IMG/VR virus record: IMGVR_UViG_3300021964_000066
Coordinates: 1 to 60,067 of that record
Direction: 5' to 3' (one strand)
From: a virus
Taxonomy: Duplodnaviria; Caudoviricetes
Length of the DNA stretch: 60,067 bases
Shown in pieces: positions 56,515 to 60,067 of this stretch; within the stretch, counting starts at the first letter, position 1; every line of letters begins with the position of its first letter. The notes below the pieces were generated by a model that saw nothing but the letters and a program-made list of their open reading frames with translations, was not told the origin of the DNA and ran no database searches. The translations under genes and the position numbers were made by a program.

Positions 56515-57834
56515 ATGAAACACATTCTAAAACAGGTTCGTGAATACGTCGAACAAAAACAATCAAATCGGTCTTGGCAAGCAGGTAAAGACTTTGTTAA
56601 CTACGCAGGCGCACACTATGATGCAGAAGAATATGTGGCAGGTGTTGAAAGTTTACTTACGGGCTGGTTGGCAATGGGTAATGCTGGCTTGGAGTTCGAA
56701 CGCAGATTTCCCAGTCAGTTCGGCAAAAAACTAGGTATTGTGACTAACAGTGGATCTAGCAGTAACTTGCTGATGATGGCTTCACTGACCAGCAAACGTG
56801 GTTACAACTTACCCAAAGGCACTAAAGTATTGATGCCTATCGCAGGTTTTCCCACTACACTAAACCCTACACTACAAGTAGGATTCATACCTCAGTTTGT
56901 GGACATTGAATTAGACACGCTGAACATTGATTTGGATCAGGTAGAACGTGCACTAGCCAACGATCCAGACATTCGTGTGATTACTTTTGCACACGTATTA
57001 GGCAATCCACCCAACATGGATAGGTTAATGGATCTTGTTCGCAAGCACGATTTAATCTTATTAGAAGACTGTTGCGATGCATTGGGCAGTACATGGAACG
57101 GTCAACCTCTTGGTAGTTTCGGTTTGATGGCTTCGTGTAGTTTTTATCCTGCACACCATATGACCATGGGCGAAGGCGGCTTTGTAGCAACCAGTGATGC
57201 TAACCAAGAAGTTATCTTACGCAGTTTCCGTGAATGGGGTCGTGGCTGTTACTGTGTAGGACCAGAGGCAAATAAATTAAAATGCGGTACTTGTGGTAAA
57301 CGATTCAGTGAATGGATTCCTGCTATGCCAGGAGAAATATTTGACCACAAGTATGTGTATGATGAAATTGGTTACAACCTAAAACCAATTGAACTGCAAT
57401 GTGCTATGGGACTAAGACAGTTGGATAAACTGCCTGAGATACACCAACTACGTAGACGCAACTATAAATTGTTATTAGACATTTACAAAAAGCACGAAGA
57501 ATTTTTTATCTTACCCTATGCACAACCAGGTTCGGATCCATCGTGGTTTGCTTTTCCCTTAACAATAAGGCAGGGCGCACCATTTAGTCGTAGTGATATA
57601 GTGGACTATTTGGAAGAAAACCTTATACAGACACGCCCGTACTTTGCAGGCAACATAATGCTACAGCCTGCGTACAGCCATTTGATGGATCCGAACGTGG
57701 CTCGCAACATGATGCCCAATGCCACACACGCCATGACACACACTTACTTTCATGGCACCAGCCCTGTAATTACAGAACAGCAAATTCAGTACATTGGAGA
57801 AATTGTAGACGGTTTCTTAAGTTTGTTTAAGTAA
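56515..57834 (+). CDS. rfbH: NDP-4-keto-6-deoxyglucose 3-dehydratase (E1/DdhC), PMP- and Fe-S-dependent
   Basis: NSGSSSNL, FPTTLNP, EDCCDALG, SFYPAHHMTMGEGG (His in place of Lys), WGRGCYC...CG and DHKYVY..IGYNLK. Confidence 0.9.
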   Translation: MKHILKQVREYVEQKQSNRSWQAGKDFVNYAGAHYDAEEYVAGVESLLTGWLAMGNAGLEFERRFPSQFGKKLGIVTNSGSSSNLLMMASLTSKRGYNLPKGTKVLMPIAGFPTTLNPTLQVGFIPQFVDIELDTLNIDLDQVERALANDPDIRVITFAHVLGNPPNMDRLMDLVRKHDLILLEDCCDALGSTWNGQPLGSFGLMASCSFYPAHHMTMGEGGFVATSDANQEVILRSFREWGRGCYCVGPEANKLKCGTCGKRFSEWIPAMPGEIFDHKYVYDEIGYNLKPIELQCAMGLRQLDKLPEIHQLRRRNYKLLLDIYKKHEEFFILPYAQPGSDPSWFAFPLTIRQGAPFSRSDIVDYLEENLIQTRPYFAGNIMLQPAYSHLMDPNVARNMMPNATHAMTHTYFHGTSPVITEQQIQYIGEIVDGFLSLFK

Positions 57835-57838
57835 TATT

Positions 57839-58846
57839 ATGAGAGTATGTGATTGGATCCCCGAATACTTGCGTTCACAAGGGGTAGAACGTGTACATGG
57901 TTTAATGGGCGGCGGCGCCAGCGGACTAAATGATGGTTTTATCAAAGCAGGCATGCCCTACATTTGCTATCATCATGAACAAGGTGCAGGCCACGCTGCT
58001 ATTGGTGAAAGTAAATTAACAGGCAGAATCAGCGTAGTTAACCCTACCACAGGTTGTGCTGGTACTAACTGCGCTACCAGTGTACTAAATGCTTGGCAAG
58101 ACAGTGTTCCTGTAATCTTTATTAGCGGCAACGTCAGGCTTGATGCTTGTAGCGGATATATCAACGAGCAACGTGGTATACAATTACGCAAGTATGGCGT
58201 GCAAGAACATCACATTGTGGACACGTATGTTACAATGACCAAGTGGAGTGTTTTTATTACAGATGTTAGAGATGTTGCTTATACACTGGAACGTGCAATG
58301 TGGTTAGCACAAGAAGGCAGACCTGGTCCTGTTTGGATTGACATCCCCAGCGATATACAGAACGCACCAATGCCCGAAGATGTTAAACATTTCGAACCCC
58401 CTGCCAGCGCCAAACTGCCTGTAGACTTTGAGTTTGTTAAAAAATCTATAGAAATGAGTGAGCGTCCACTTATACTTGCAGGCTACGGTATCAGGCAAAG
58501 CCAAACAGTTGACTTGTTCAATGACTTTATTGAACGATATGAAATACCATTTGCCAGCACTTATGGTGCAAGGGACTATACTCCTGGTAATCATCATTAC
58601 AGTATGGGCACTGTGGGAATTAAAGGCAGTCGTGCAGGCAACTTTGCTGTACAGAATTGTGATTTATTGTTAATTTTGGGTTGTAGTTTGGGATCCAGTG
58701 TTGTGGGTTATGATCCTAAACAATTCAGTCCTTATAGTTATAAAATAATGGTGGACATAGACAACAACGAACTTAACAAAGACATTGTAAATATTGATGC
58801 AAAATATCTCTGTGGACTAAAAAAGTTTTTTGGAGCAATGCTATGA
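57839..58846 (+). CDS. TPP-dependent enzyme (acetolactate synthase/YerE-like), N-terminal and central domains
   Basis: HHEQGAGHAA, WQDSVPVIFISG, GRPGPVWIDIP.D and RAGNFAVQNCD. Confidence 0.88.
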   Translation: MRVCDWIPEYLRSQGVERVHGLMGGGASGLNDGFIKAGMPYICYHHEQGAGHAAIGESKLTGRISVVNPTTGCAGTNCATSVLNAWQDSVPVIFISGNVRLDACSGYINEQRGIQLRKYGVQEHHIVDTYVTMTKWSVFITDVRDVAYTLERAMWLAQEGRPGPVWIDIPSDIQNAPMPEDVKHFEPPASAKLPVDFEFVKKSIEMSERPLILAGYGIRQSQTVDLFNDFIERYEIPFASTYGARDYTPGNHHYSMGTVGIKGSRAGNFAVQNCDLLLILGCSLGSSVVGYDPKQFSPYSYKIMVDIDNNELNKDIVNIDAKYLCGLKKFFGAML

Positions 58847-59589
58847 CAAAAACAGAATGGTTAGCCAAATGCCTACACTGGAAAACTAAATGGCCTGTCA
58901 TGCAGCCTGAATACCGTGCTGACAACGAAACAAACTCTTTAAACATCTATGCAGTGTTAGATTGGATTAATCAACACAGTGATCCAAAACAAGTTCTAGT
59001 AGGCGATGCTGGCAGTATCAGTTATGCTGGACCCACTGCACTTGAAGCCAAACCAGGCCAACGACTGGTATTCAGTCCTGCACAGGCCGACATGGGTTGG
59101 GCAGTACCCGGTGCTATTGGTGTTGAAATAAACAATGGCGGAAGAGGTACTATCTGTATTACCGGCGATGGCAGTTTTATGAGTAACCTGCAGGAACTTG
59201 CAGTGATTACGGAACACCGTCTTAACGTTCAGATTGTTATCTTGAACAACGGCGGCTACCTCAGCATTAAAAACACACAAAGCAAATACTATGAAGGTCG
59301 TGTATTTGGAACTAGTGCTGGTAAAGGTCTATGGTTTCCTGACTTTGGTAAAATAGCAGACTCATTTGGTTTTGACTATTATCAATTAAAGACCAAAGAC
59401 GATTTAGATCAGTTTGCATTTCGAATGAGCAAGACAGGTGGACCGATTATATGGGATTGTGTTTGCCATATGGATCAAGAAATACTGCCTGCACAAGGAC
59501 TTAAAAACGGCAAACAGGCTGGTCTACATGACTTGGTACCTTTCTTAAGTGATGAAGAACTTCGATCGGAATTGCTGGTAGATTTGTAA
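58843..59589 (+). CDS. TPP-dependent enzyme, C-terminal TPP-binding domain
   Basis: MGWAVPGAIG and GDGSF...NN TPP motif; own SD GGAG and ATGA overlap. Confidence 0.88.
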   Translation: MTKTEWLAKCLHWKTKWPVMQPEYRADNETNSLNIYAVLDWINQHSDPKQVLVGDAGSISYAGPTALEAKPGQRLVFSPAQADMGWAVPGAIGVEINNGGRGTICITGDGSFMSNLQELAVITEHRLNVQIVILNNGGYLSIKNTQSKYYEGRVFGTSAGKGLWFPDFGKIADSFGFDYYQLKTKDDLDQFAFRMSKTGGPIIWDCVCHMDQEILPAQGLKNGKQAGLHDLVPFLSDEELRSELLVDL

Positions 59590-59596
59590 ATACTGT

Positions 59597-59986
59597 ATGA
59601 ACTATACAGATCCTTTTGTTAAAGTTGCATATGACTTAGTAATAGAAGGAGAAGAACTGGCAAATACAGTACTACCCAATTCTGTAGAAGAATATGTTGT
59701 ACTGATGTTTGCCAAAAACTTCCAACGTACAGACATCGGTGCTAATCCAGTAGCCATTCAAATGTTGGAAGCCTGTCAACATCGAGGCACCGAACACTAT
59801 CAACCGATAGCAGACGAGTGTTTACTGATTCACAGTTACCCATTAAATCGTAGACGTTGGCCCACAGAAACTTACTATTTAGAAATGGGTGTTACTGCCT
59901 ACGGGCTAGCCAATATTGAAATAATGGAATCAAACTTTGAACCTGCCAGTCGTGTGCTACGCAGAGTGTTCAAAAATTTTGGTTAA
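59597..59986 (+). CDS. Hypothetical protein (129 aa)
   Basis: Clean ORF directly after TAAATA. Confidence 0.6.
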   Translation: MNYTDPFVKVAYDLVIEGEELANTVLPNSVEEYVVLMFAKNFQRTDIGANPVAIQMLEACQHRGTEHYQPIADECLLIHSYPLNRRRWPTETYYLEMGVTAYGLANIEIMESNFEPASRVLRRVFKNFG

Positions 59987-59994
59987 ACTGCAGT

Positions 59995-60023
59995 TTGACA
60001 TAAAAACTATAATATGCTATTAT
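59995..60023 (+). promoter_or_regulatory. Sigma70 promoter for a gene starting at 60055 (truncated)
   Basis: TTGACA-N17-TATTAT, SD GAAGGTG, ATG 60055. Confidence 0.7.
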
Positions 60024-60067
60024 TACACACTCAACAAACCATTGAAGGTGTAATATGTTTGAAAGTA

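Noticed and set aside
1-60067. Stop-codon reassignment as in some large phages
   Set aside because: Core genes are full length in code 11, TAA/TGA/TAG all terminate genes, and there is no suppressor tRNA

Overview
This 60-kb window is a segment of a large T4-like (myovirus) bacteriophage genome read in the standard bacterial code. It runs from the 3' end of the major capsid gene through giant repeat-built fibre genes and into the neck and tail genes (gp15, gp14, gp13, gp18, gp19). Head completion gp4, putative internal head proteins, terminase gp17, gp32, UvsX and UvsY follow. Next is a tRNA array (15 intact tRNAs and 1 chimeric copy) interleaved with a class I cytochrome c gene and several unexplained structured RNAs. 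The window ends with a metabolic block: guaC, nadE and an NDP-deoxysugar pathway (RmlB-like, RfbH/E1, split YerE-like TPP enzyme). Regulatory signals are clear: sigma70 promoters, a TAAATA late-promoter core and intrinsic terminators. The best leads are the candidate ncRNAs in the tRNA array, a branched-chain-sugar pathway that may glycosylate the virion, a capsid-targeted nuclease-like protein, apparently leaderless late mRNAs and promoter-in-hairpin switches. A four-micro-ORF operon with an operator-like triple repeat is also notable. All calls come from motif recognition by eye; no searches or folding programs were run.
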